From the IMG/VR virus record IMGVR_UViG_3300043754_000129, positions 96,001 through 160,000 of that record: DNA of 64,000 nucleotides; one strand, given 5' to 3'. Source of the DNA: a virus (lineage: Duplodnaviria > Caudoviricetes). The translations under genes were made by a program, and so were the position numbers. The notes below the pieces were generated by a model that saw nothing but the letters and a program-made list of their open reading frames with translations, had not been told where the DNA came from and did not search any database. Positions 7,331 through 15,737 of this stretch are shown here, in pieces. Within the stretch, counting starts at the first letter, position 1. Each line of letters opens with the position of its first letter.

Positions 7331-8644
7331 TTAGGCGGCTTTCGGGCGACGCGCGCCGGCAGCTTCCGCGTCGACGAGGAAGTCGAGCGTGTCTTCGACC
7401 TGCGTCGCCAGGTTGTTTTCGATCTGATGCAGCATGTACTCGATCGGGTCACCGAACACGCGGTTCAGCACCATGAGCGAGAGGCCCGGCTGGTCGATGT
7501 CGCAACGCACGAGCGCCGAGAGGGCATGCGGAAGCACCGGCACGAAGTGGAATTCGTACGGATTCTTCTTTTCCTGTTCTTCGATCGTCGCGGCATCCGA
7601 CAGCGGCATGCCCTTGAGCTGCGCCACGAATTCATTCGCTTCGACGACCATGAAGACCGAACCCGCGAACGTGTGTTGCAAGACCACGCGCGTGCCGCAG
7701 GTGAACGTGTAGCGAACGTATTCGCCGTGCTCGAGCAGGCTCGGGCATTCTTCCGCCACGAACTGCATGAACGCATCGCGGTTGAAGATACGGCCGATGT
7801 CCTGACGGTTTTCGATCACGCCCCAGAAGCGCTCGAAGAACACGATGAACGGACGGATCGCCGAACGATCACGCACACGGAACTTCTGCAACGTATCGTC
7901 CGCGCGCTGGAACGCTTCGCCGATCACCTTCGTGAAGTTCATCGGGTGGATGGAGCATTCACGCGACGTGATATTGCCGTTGACTTCGTGCTTCACCACA
8001 CGCGAGATGTCGTGACGCGTGAGATGAGCGCCGCCTTCCTGGGCCCGTGCGAGCAGTTCCTTGATCTCGGCCGTGACCTTGTCCGTGTTCTCGGTACCCG
8101 GTGCCGTGGCGAGCGATGGATCAACCTTCGCGGTGGAGGGTGCGGAAGAAGACGTTGATTGCGTCGAGCTGTTCGGCGCGGTGGTTGCGCTCGGGCTGGA
8201 CGGCTTGCGGCTCTTTACCGCCGTCGACTTTTTTGCCGCCACCTTCTTGGCCGGAGCGTGTGCACCCGAGATGCCCGAGTTCGGGAGCTTCGGTTGTTTC
8301 GGATCGACCACCGGTGCCGGAGCCTTCGCGACCTTTTCGTCGAACAGCTTCTGCTTGGCTTCCTTGCGACCCTTGACCGGTTTCTCGATCAGAGCTGCCG
8401 GCACGCCATTCACGACCTTGCCTTGTTCGACCGACTTCTTGGCCGAGGTACGACGCGTGACGACGGCCGCATCTTGCGGGGTGTCTTTCGCGACAGGCTT
8501 CTTGACTGCCGGGGCTTTCTTCACCGCAGTCTTCTTGGCCACGGGTTTCTTGGCAGCTGCACGCTTAGCCGTCTCGTCGACGATGTGTTGAGCGATTGCA
8601 GCGGTGCCTGCGTTGGAGTTTGCTTTGTTTTTGGTCGTTGCCAT
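7331..8644 (-). CDS. Protein with a Lys/Ala/Pro-rich histone H1-like N-terminus and a globular C-terminus
   Basis: AAKKPVAKKTAVKKAPAVKKPVAK repeats, S/T linker, then an ordered domain. Confidence 0.75.
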   Translation of the reverse strand: MATTKNKANSNAGTAAIAQHIVDETAKRAAAKKPVAKKTAVKKAPAVKKPVAKDTPQDAAVVTRRTSAKKSVEQGKVVNGVPAALIEKPVKGRKEAKQKLFDEKVAKAPAPVVDPKQPKLPNSGISGAHAPAKKVAAKKSTAVKSRKPSSPSATTAPNSSTQSTSSSAPSTAKVDPSLATAPGTENTDKVTAEIKELLARAQEGGAHLTRHDISRVVKHEVNGNITSRECSIHPMNFTKVIGEAFQRADDTLQKFRVRDRSAIRPFIVFFERFWGVIENRQDIGRIFNRDAFMQFVAEECPSLLEHGEYVRYTFTCGTRVVLQHTFAGSVFMVVEANEFVAQLKGMPLSDAATIEEQEKKNPYEFHFVPVLPHALSALVRCDIDQPGLSLMVLNRVFGDPIEYMLHQIENNLATQVEDTLDFLVDAEAAGARRPKAA

Positions 8645-8673
8645 GATTTTGGGTAGCTCGTTTAGTTGGTTGT

Positions 8674-9243
8674 TTACTTACGACGGGATTCGAAGGCAGC
8701 GTGCAGACGTGCGACCTTCTTATCGATGGTGTTCGCGTTGAGCACCTCGGGCGTGGAACCGGGGTTGTTCAGCGCACTCAGGCCAAACGCGTACATGAAG
8801 GTGATGACACTGACACCACCCTTGTGATTCAGTTCCAGCAACTGCGACTGCCAGAAGATCTCGGCCGCATGCAGCTTCAGGTTGCGCAGCTTGCACAGGG
8901 CGAACTTCGTGTACTTCTCGTCCATCGGCACCTTGGTGTCGAGGTCGACTTCGTACAGCGCGACCGGACCCAGATGCGTGGCGATACCGATCACACGCTG
9001 GCCGCCTTGCAGCACGAACTTAAAGCGCGAGCCCGGCTCCGAGATATCGAGCAGCTCCAGGATCGAGTCCGGCAGTTTGTCGTCTTCGGAGATCGGCAGA
9101 TCGTAGAGGATCGGATCCAGCCCTTCCTTCCACTTCTCTTCGAAATACTCAACGTATTCCTTTTGCTGCTTCTTGATGGCTTCCTTCACCCAATTGGGCA
9201 GCGCTGCGTAGGCAATCGTGCCCGGTTGGATATCTTTGCTCAC
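8674..9243 (-). CDS. Hypothetical protein
   Basis: 189-aa ORF, AAGGAA RBS with GTG start. Confidence 0.7.
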   Translation of the reverse strand: MSKDIQPGTIAYAALPNWVKEAIKKQQKEYVEYFEEKWKEGLDPILYDLPISEDDKLPDSILELLDISEPGSRFKFVLQGGQRVIGIATHLGPVALYEVDLDTKVPMDEKYTKFALCKLRNLKLHAAEIFWQSQLLELNHKGGVSVITFMYAFGLSALNNPGSTPEVLNANTIDKKVARLHAAFESRRK

Positions 9244-9304
9244 GGTTCGTTTCCTTGGTTGTTACTACTCGACATACAACTTGACCCATCAAGTAAAGTT
9301 TACC

Positions 9305-9625
9305 CTACTTGGTGGAGCGACCGATGATTTCCTCAGTGAGGGCATCGATGAAGAAGTCCAGCTCGCCGATCTGCTCTTCCGCGACGCGACCGAAGTGACG
9401 CATGCGGTTGTAGATGAGCTCGGTGCGATACGGCAGGCCGACCATGCTCGGCAGGCTCTTCGGATTGGGCGTCGTGGGGCCATTGGCCTTCACGTAGCGC
9501 AGATCGTAGAAAGCCCGTAGGTCATCGCGTGCCTTGATCGCTTCGTCACGGGTGAGCAGCAGCGTCTCGGTGGTTTGATTCTCGAACTGTTTGCGGATGT
9601 GCATGGTGGATTCCGGTGTACGCAC
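9305..9625 (-). CDS. Hypothetical protein
   Basis: 106-aa ORF, AAGGAA upstream. Confidence 0.6.
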   Translation of the reverse strand: MRTPESTMHIRKQFENQTTETLLLTRDEAIKARDDLRAFYDLRYVKANGPTTPNPKSLPSMVGLPYRTELIYNRMRHFGRVAEEQIGELDFFIDALTEEIIGRSTK

Positions 9626-9721
9626 GATGTATTCCTTGGTTGGTTGACAGGGGAGTGATATATGGCTGAGACGGCATAGAGTCCTTTCCCAACCCCCTGC
9701 TCAAAAAATAGGCAGGTGATT

Positions 9722-9891
9722 AAAGAAAGAAAAGAAATAAGAAACAAGAGAAAGAAAAAGAAGAAAAGAAAATAAAGAAAAAGCGGTCTCTCCCCCATTC
9801 GGAGGGCTTCGCCCTCCTCCCCCTCTCCCCAAAAAGAAACAAAAGAAAAGAAGAAAAAGAAAGAGAAAAAAGAACAAAGAAAAGAAAGAAA
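9722..9891. repeat. Two A/G-only low-complexity tracts separated by a C-rich segment containing a hairpin
   Basis: 9722-9783 and 9831-9891 are almost purely A/G; GGAGGGC-TTC-GCCCTCC at 9801-9817. Confidence 0.85.
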
Positions 9892-10412
9892 TCTTTAAAC
9901 TTGAAGGTGCTTTGTTCTGTTGCATAAGAATAACGGTGATAAAGTAAAAAAATACAGTATCACTCTTGCTACGCAAGACAAGAGGAAGTCGCAGGACCGG
10001 GATAGGTCCTGCTCCGAACATCAAGGGCTCTTCCAGAGGGTTGGGTGTTTTTAAAAATCAAGTAGCTTGTCCTAGATCGCTACGGCTGTGTAGCAGCCTT
10101 CGCTAGTGACAGCCTAGACTTGGCAGTCAAAGGCAAAGACACAGCGCACACCGACTATACTCGTAAGTCTACTCGATAGTCCTAAAAGCAAAAACTTAAA
10201 AAACAAAACCTAGCGAGGCGGGATCGGGGGCGCGCGGCCGGCGAGAGGGCGGCTGGGACGCGGCAGGAGGGCGCAGGAGCGGCTCGGGCGCAGCGGCGGT
10301 ACCAACGCATGGTCCGGGGCCGGCAGCCGCTCGTAGAGGCTCTGCTATATATGGGGCATTTTTGATCGTCATGGTGTGTGACGCCAGAGGGCGATATTCT
10401 CAAGGAACGATT

Positions 10413-11279
10413 ATGGCATCTTTACTGAAGCTGGCCCTCGAAGGTCAGCTGGGTGGTATGCTCGGCTACCTCGATACGAGCAATGGTCAGCAACACACCG
10501 GCAGCTGGCTCACGCATGGCCAGAATACCGGAGGGCGTGGCCCGGAGGCCGTCGAACAAGGGCAGCGACAAGATCTCGTGGAACTGAAGGGCCCGTTGGC
10601 CATCCAGTTGCAAGAAGCGCTTGCGAAAGTCTACGACAAGCACGCGGACGATCGCAAGGAAGACGAATTCCAGAAGGAAGCGGAAGTCGCTGTTGAATCA
10701 CAAGCGAACGACGCCCTCATGCAGCAGGAGTTGATCGACAACATCCGCATCATGAGCGAAGGCGAAGAGTCCGATAACAGCACGACCGTCTACGGCGTGG
10801 ATGCAGCGGACGTGAAGCCCGAAGACATCGTCGAAGTCGATCAGGCCAGCGGCGTCGATAAGAAGAATCTCGTCGTGGTGATGGTGGCCGACCAGGATGG
10901 CGATGCGAAGCCGCAACTCGATGCGATGGCGACGGCCCTCGAGAGTCTGTGTGAGCGTAAGGGTATCGCGCTCTACTTCTCGATGGAAGAGCTCGCCCAT
11001 CATGCACTGGGACCCACGGGTAAGGTGCAAGACGATGACCCGTATCTCATCACGGTGATGGAATTCACGCACAAGCTCTTCGATAACACGATGACGCCGG
11101 ATGAGTGGTTCTTCCCGAAGGGCTACGAAGTGAAGTCGATCTATCGGGTGAAAGCGCGTCAGCTGTGCTCGGCACTCACGCAGCACTTCGCCTGCCCGAT
11201 TGACCCGAAGGCGCAGCTCGGCCTGAAGACCCCGCGCAAGCTCGCGGCCTATTTCAAGAAGCACGCTCCCAAGGACTAA
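10413..11279 (+). CDS. Probable internal head/virion protein
   Basis: AAGGAA RBS; acidic N-half with A/S-x-E motifs (ALE, AVE) of the kind cut by gp175-like proteases. Confidence 0.65.
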   Translation: MASLLKLALEGQLGGMLGYLDTSNGQQHTGSWLTHGQNTGGRGPEAVEQGQRQDLVELKGPLAIQLQEALAKVYDKHADDRKEDEFQKEAEVAVESQANDALMQQELIDNIRIMSEGEESDNSTTVYGVDAADVKPEDIVEVDQASGVDKKNLVVVMVADQDGDAKPQLDAMATALESLCERKGIALYFSMEELAHHALGPTGKVQDDDPYLITVMEFTHKLFDNTMTPDEWFFPKGYEVKSIYRVKARQLCSALTQHFACPIDPKAQLGLKTPRKLAAYFKKHAPKD

Positions 11280-11282
11280 GTC

Positions 11283-11372
11283 ATGTTTCTGCCCGTACAG
11301 TTTCAACTCATGGCACCGATCATGATGACGGAGATGTTCACCTTGATGTTCACTCCGATTTGGATGTGGTGA
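11283..11372 (+). CDS. Possible 29-aa Met/Phe-rich hydrophobic peptide
   Basis: MFLPVQFQLMAPIMMTEMFTLMFTPIWMW; AGGA RBS; exactly fills the gap between two + genes. Confidence 0.4.
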   Translation: MFLPVQFQLMAPIMMTEMFTLMFTPIWMW

Positions 11373-11379
11373 GGCTCGC

Positions 11380-11619
11380 GTGAGACCTGGACTTTTCCAA
11401 CTATCCCTGGAGGCTCGGCAGGAAGCACGCCCGAATGCTGAGCGCTTCAAGAACGAACTCGGCAACGAGATCACGCTGGCCGTGTATCCTAAACCTACGG
11501 ATGGCGTCGAAGGCGTGATGATCTTCATTCGCGGTCCTTCGTCGGACACCGAGAACCACATCACCAAGATCGAGGCAGAGCGCATGTACGCACAACTCGG
11601 CAAGGTGTTGGGCAAATAG
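11380..11619 (+). CDS. Hypothetical protein
   Basis: GAGG RBS, GTG start, co-directional in the operon. Confidence 0.6.
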   Translation: MRPGLFQLSLEARQEARPNAERFKNELGNEITLAVYPKPTDGVEGVMIFIRGPSSDTENHITKIEAERMYAQLGKVLGK

Positions 11620-11626
11620 GACAATC

Positions 11627-12913
11627 ATGGCAGAGGAAATCAACAACGGTCTGACCGTGCGCTTCGCAGGCAACAACCCGGATACGACTCGTGGCCTCGT
11701 GGCCAAGGTCTTCCAGGCAGCCTGCGGCTCGCTCGCGATCGACCATAACTTCATCAAGAAGCTCTCGCTCTTCCGGCTGCGCTGGGTGCAGAAGAATCCC
11801 GATCATATCGAGTTCTTCGGTGGCAACCTGCTCGGCGTGCAAGTCGTGCGCTTTACCGATACCGACCGGGATCAATGGTTCGATGAAATTTTAAATGTGG
11901 ACCAGCATCATCTGCGGGATGAGCTGCACGCATTGCCGACCATCAATCCCGAGTTCAAGGTGTCCTCGGATCCGCTGAACCTCTCGTGTGCCTGGTTGAT
12001 GCATGCCATCTTCCGCGCACCGAAGCTCACGAAGGAACAAAAGCATCAGGGCATGATGGATGTCGCCCTCGTGCTTCAGTACAAGTTCTTGACGTCGCGC
12101 CTGTACCAGCACTTCCGCTATCCGGCAGATCGGGAAACGGCAGAGGCCACGTATGCGTCGCTCTCGAACAAGTACGCGATCAAACAGCTGGGAAGCTGGA
12201 ACGCGGTGCTCAACCAACGGAGCGAAGATTTGATCTCGCCCGAAGGTCTGCACTTCAACGCCATCAACAAGATGGACAATGACCTGGAAGTGATCTACCT
12301 GTTGAACGACACACAGGGCCGGATCCGGGACATGCTGAAGAACATCTACGATGTCTTCCTCACGATCCACCACCAGGGCATTCGCATCCAGTCGACGTCC
12401 TCGATTGTGGACTACGATGGCGAAGCGGTCTTGAAAGACAAGAGTCGTAACCTCTTGGCCTACACGCGCTACCTGCATGCGATCGTGACGGACAAGGGGT
12501 CGTTTGTGCGTGAGGAGTTGCTCGGCATCATCGAGAAGCTGATGTACACGACGCCACCGCGCCTGTTCCGTGAAACGCTCTCCTGGATTTCGGATAACTA
12601 CCGACAGTCCGGGGCCAAGAAGATTGAAGAGCTGCTGAATGAAGTCTTGATTCATGCCTTCGATTACCTGGCCGAGGAGCGCAGCATGGTGGCAGCGCAT
12701 CCGGACTTGCCGACGCTCTTAGCACGTCTGCGCGGTGTCTACACATCGAGCCGCTCGATTGACCCGGCGCTTTTCTCGTTGCGGGAGAAAACCGAGTGGT
12801 GTGTGCGACAAGCCACCGGTAACAAAAATGATAGCGTTATCGCATCGGTCCGAACTGCTGTACTTTTGTACATCGTCGCGCGCACCATGACCATGACCTA
12901 TTACACGAAGTAA
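11627..12913 (+). CDS. Conserved phiKZ-like virion structural protein
   Basis: 428-aa ORF in the position beside terL recalled for phiKZ-like phages. Confidence 0.7.
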   Translation: MAEEINNGLTVRFAGNNPDTTRGLVAKVFQAACGSLAIDHNFIKKLSLFRLRWVQKNPDHIEFFGGNLLGVQVVRFTDTDRDQWFDEILNVDQHHLRDELHALPTINPEFKVSSDPLNLSCAWLMHAIFRAPKLTKEQKHQGMMDVALVLQYKFLTSRLYQHFRYPADRETAEATYASLSNKYAIKQLGSWNAVLNQRSEDLISPEGLHFNAINKMDNDLEVIYLLNDTQGRIRDMLKNIYDVFLTIHHQGIRIQSTSSIVDYDGEAVLKDKSRNLLAYTRYLHAIVTDKGSFVREELLGIIEKLMYTTPPRLFRETLSWISDNYRQSGAKKIEELLNEVLIHAFDYLAEERSMVAAHPDLPTLLARLRGVYTSSRSIDPALFSLREKTEWCVRQATGNKNDSVIASVRTAVLLYIVARTMTMTYYTK

Positions 12914-12956
12914 AACCAGCGTAGGGTAATTCCACCACTATCGACAGGTTGTCATC

Positions 12957-13343
12957 ATGGTTCTGAAGTTATTGCGTTGGCTCGCAGGGCCGTCGCAGGT
13001 ATCGTTAGATACCACAGTGGAGAATCACGTCTCGAGTCTGACCGCGGTAAGCGTGCATGGCTACGAGATGACGATCCACTGCAAAGCCGTATATTTCAAG
13101 CGGCGGTATCAGCGTTTCTTCATGCCGACAAAGCGTTTGGCTGTGTATTCGATCAGCAACACCGTGACGGCGGATGCACCCGAGCGTCTGCGCGAGATCG
13201 CGGCTCCGTTCACTGTGAACTGGCCACGTGAGTGCACGTACTACCTTGACGAAGACCGTCAGAAACAGGGCGCCGTTGAAGCGTACCTGGATCTGCTCTT
13301 AGCGAAACTGGATCGACGAGACCCGGCTCGCTTTGACTGGTAA
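12957..13343 (+). CDS. Hypothetical protein
   Basis: 128-aa ORF ending at the hairpin shared with the convergent terL. Confidence 0.6.
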   Translation: MVLKLLRWLAGPSQVSLDTTVENHVSSLTAVSVHGYEMTIHCKAVYFKRRYQRFFMPTKRLAVYSISNTVTADAPERLREIAAPFTVNWPRECTYYLDEDRQKQGAVEAYLDLLLAKLDRRDPARFDW

Positions 13344-13350
13344 GTCGACA

Positions 13351-13385
13351 GCATAGACCCCGCCCGGTTGGGCGGGGCTTATGCC
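13351..13385. terminator. CATA...TATG-footed hairpin between convergent genes
   Basis: GCATAGACCCCGCCC-GGTT-GGGCGGGGCTTATGC. Confidence 0.7.
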
Positions 13386-13386
13386 G

Positions 13387-15651
13387 TTAGCGGAAATGCC
13401 GGCCAAACTGACTGAAGCCACCCCGGATCGGACCACGACCCAGTGAGCCCACAGGCGGGGTATCGGTAAAGCTCGATTCGACGTTCCCGTACGCCACACC
13501 CGTCTTACGCGAGAGACCCTTGCCTTCCCGGATCTTCTCCCGACGCTGCTCGCGCGACTTCGCGATAAGAGTGTCGAGCGAGAACACTTCACCTTCTTCG
13601 CGCACAATCCCCTTATTCAGAATCCGCAGCTGATGCTCCAGACGCATGATGACCCACTCATCGTCTTCCTTCGAGAGTTGCGTGACGAGATCATTCATCT
13701 CTTCGCGCAGGCGCTCTTGCTCCTGACGGAACATGAGGTCGGCTGTGTACTCTTCCGAGGCTTGGCTGGAAATCCCCATGCCGATACGACGCTGGTCGAT
13801 GCCGTAGAAGGCGAGTTGCTTGCCCTTGGTGATGAGCCAGTGGCAGAGCAGCCAACCAATCACCATGTCGTCGTGCGAGCCGTCTTCGTGGTCGATCCGG
13901 CCGTTCTTGGTCACGAGTCCCGTGATCTGATCGATCAGGGTCTTGTCGATGATGAAGTTGCACGAACGCTTGGCTGCGAGTTGCAGCGTCGTCGAGTAGA
14001 GCTCCATCCGCGAGTTCTGACCAAGGCCACCCGAGGTCGCGAAACCGAACGTCTTCTTGTAGCGCACGTAGACGTCTTGACCGCGACGCACCATCGGCAC
14101 TTGGATTTCCTTGAAGCGATCGGGCATCTCATCGTACTCTTGCACGACGCGATTGTAGATGCGCTTGAAGGGATCAATACCCAGGCTCGGCAGCATGAGC
14201 AACAGGTAGTCCATGAGCATACCGCCCGTGGAGCGCCGCTCAATAATGCCAGTCGTCGTGTCCCAGCGCGTGAACCAACTGCACACCCACTTACAGAAAG
14301 TGATCAGGTTGGTTTCGTTGTACGTGCCACCGGCCACGACTTCGAGCGTTTCCACGTCCAGCAACACGAGCGAGATATCATCGCCACCCGACGCTTCAGA
14401 CGTATCCATGCCGAAGATGTAGCGACCATGACGCATACGCGACTCGATCTCTTCCTCAGGAATGTACCAGCGCGTGATGTAGCCTTCGGGGCTGATCTCG
14501 GTGTACTTGACTTCTTGCACCGACTTCGAGATCGCTTCCAGAATGTAGATCGGCAACGGGTTCGATTGGCTACCCGAGGTCCACATGTTAAAGTAGTCTC
14601 GGTTTGCGTCGTCACCCGACACGGTCGCTTCTTCCAGTTTCTGACGCAACCACTTGTCGTCCTTACCCAGTTGCCGGTGGTTCAGGGTGATGTTCACCCG
14701 GTACACGCCACCGTGCTCACCCTTGGATGCTTTCCGCACCATGTCTTCGAGTTCTTCCGGACCCTTCGCGTCGTAGAACTTCTCGGTCCACACGGCCGCA
14801 CCACTTACCAGCTTAAAGACGAACTTGCCGTCCTTGTCGTCCTTCTTGCCGGCCGTCGTTGTGATGATGGTACCGTAAGGCGAGCCGTTAGCTTTCGCCT
14901 TATCAACTGCCGCACCGGTTGCAGCCAGGGCCGAACCCATGGCGATTTCGATGTTCGGCTGGAATGGCGCCTCGTCGATGTGGAAGATGGGTGAGGTCAA
15001 ACCGCGACCCAGCTTGTACGCGCCCTTTTCCGACGACTGTGGTACGTGCGTCTTGTACTTGTTGTTCAGCGAATTGACGGTAATGACTTCCCCGTTATTC
15101 GTGTCGTCCTTGCCCCGTTGCTGGAGATAGCCCGGGAGCTCCGACATGATGTTCTTAATCCGGTCAATGTTGGCACGACGCAGAATGTCGTCCTTCGTCA
15201 ACAGGTTGATGTCGGTGTTCTGGCACATGAAGTTCATGAGCAGCGTCATCAACATGTCGGTGTTCAGTGACTTACCCGTCTGACGGATCTGGATGAGGAA
15301 AGTCATGATGTGGTTAAAGAAGCACCAGAACAGTGCGACGTTACCACGGTTGCCCAAGAGCTGGGTAGCCGGACCGCCACCGATGGCAGGTACGCGCGCA
15401 ATCTCGCGCATGAAGTACCACGGGTTGTTGGCGATCTCCACTGCAATCGACGCCATCTCTTCGAGGGTGAGGTCGGGCGCAAAGGGATCGAGCCCCTGGA
15501 GGTCAGGGTTCAAGAGGGCGAGACAGAACGCGTTGTTGATCACGCCCATCTTGCGATAAAGCCCTGCGAGCCGCACAAAGCTTTCATTCGACGTTTTCAT
15601 GTCGATGATGGCACGGGGGTGTTTGTACCAGTCGTCTGCAAAAAGAATCAT
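13387..15651 (-). CDS. terL: Terminase large subunit (phiKZ gp25-like)
   Basis: IRQTGKS Walker A, FHIDEAPF Walker B, nuclease motifs FGMDTS and HDDMVIGW; start at MILFADDW. Confidence 0.93.
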   Translation of the reverse strand: MILFADDWYKHPRAIIDMKTSNESFVRLAGLYRKMGVINNAFCLALLNPDLQGLDPFAPDLTLEEMASIAVEIANNPWYFMREIARVPAIGGGPATQLLGNRGNVALFWCFFNHIMTFLIQIRQTGKSLNTDMLMTLLMNFMCQNTDINLLTKDDILRRANIDRIKNIMSELPGYLQQRGKDDTNNGEVITVNSLNNKYKTHVPQSSEKGAYKLGRGLTSPIFHIDEAPFQPNIEIAMGSALAATGAAVDKAKANGSPYGTIITTTAGKKDDKDGKFVFKLVSGAAVWTEKFYDAKGPEELEDMVRKASKGEHGGVYRVNITLNHRQLGKDDKWLRQKLEEATVSGDDANRDYFNMWTSGSQSNPLPIYILEAISKSVQEVKYTEISPEGYITRWYIPEEEIESRMRHGRYIFGMDTSEASGGDDISLVLLDVETLEVVAGGTYNETNLITFCKWVCSWFTRWDTTTGIIERRSTGGMLMDYLLLMLPSLGIDPFKRIYNRVVQEYDEMPDRFKEIQVPMVRRGQDVYVRYKKTFGFATSGGLGQNSRMELYSTTLQLAAKRSCNFIIDKTLIDQITGLVTKNGRIDHEDGSHDDMVIGWLLCHWLITKGKQLAFYGIDQRRIGMGISSQASEEYTADLMFRQEQERLREEMNDLVTQLSKEDDEWVIMRLEHQLRILNKGIVREEGEVFSLDTLIAKSREQRREKIREGKGLSRKTGVAYGNVESSFTDTPPVGSLGRGPIRGGFSQFGRHFR

Positions 15652-15737
15652 TTCTGAATCCTGCTTAATTTTTAGTCTATCTTCATCTGCCGTCCAGCCC
15701 GCCCTCGTGAGAAGGCGAGCCAGACGACAGACGTCGG

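Noticed and set aside
9490-10024. Phe/Leu-rich 'membrane protein' ORFs
   Set aside because: Artefacts of translating the complement of the A/G tracts.
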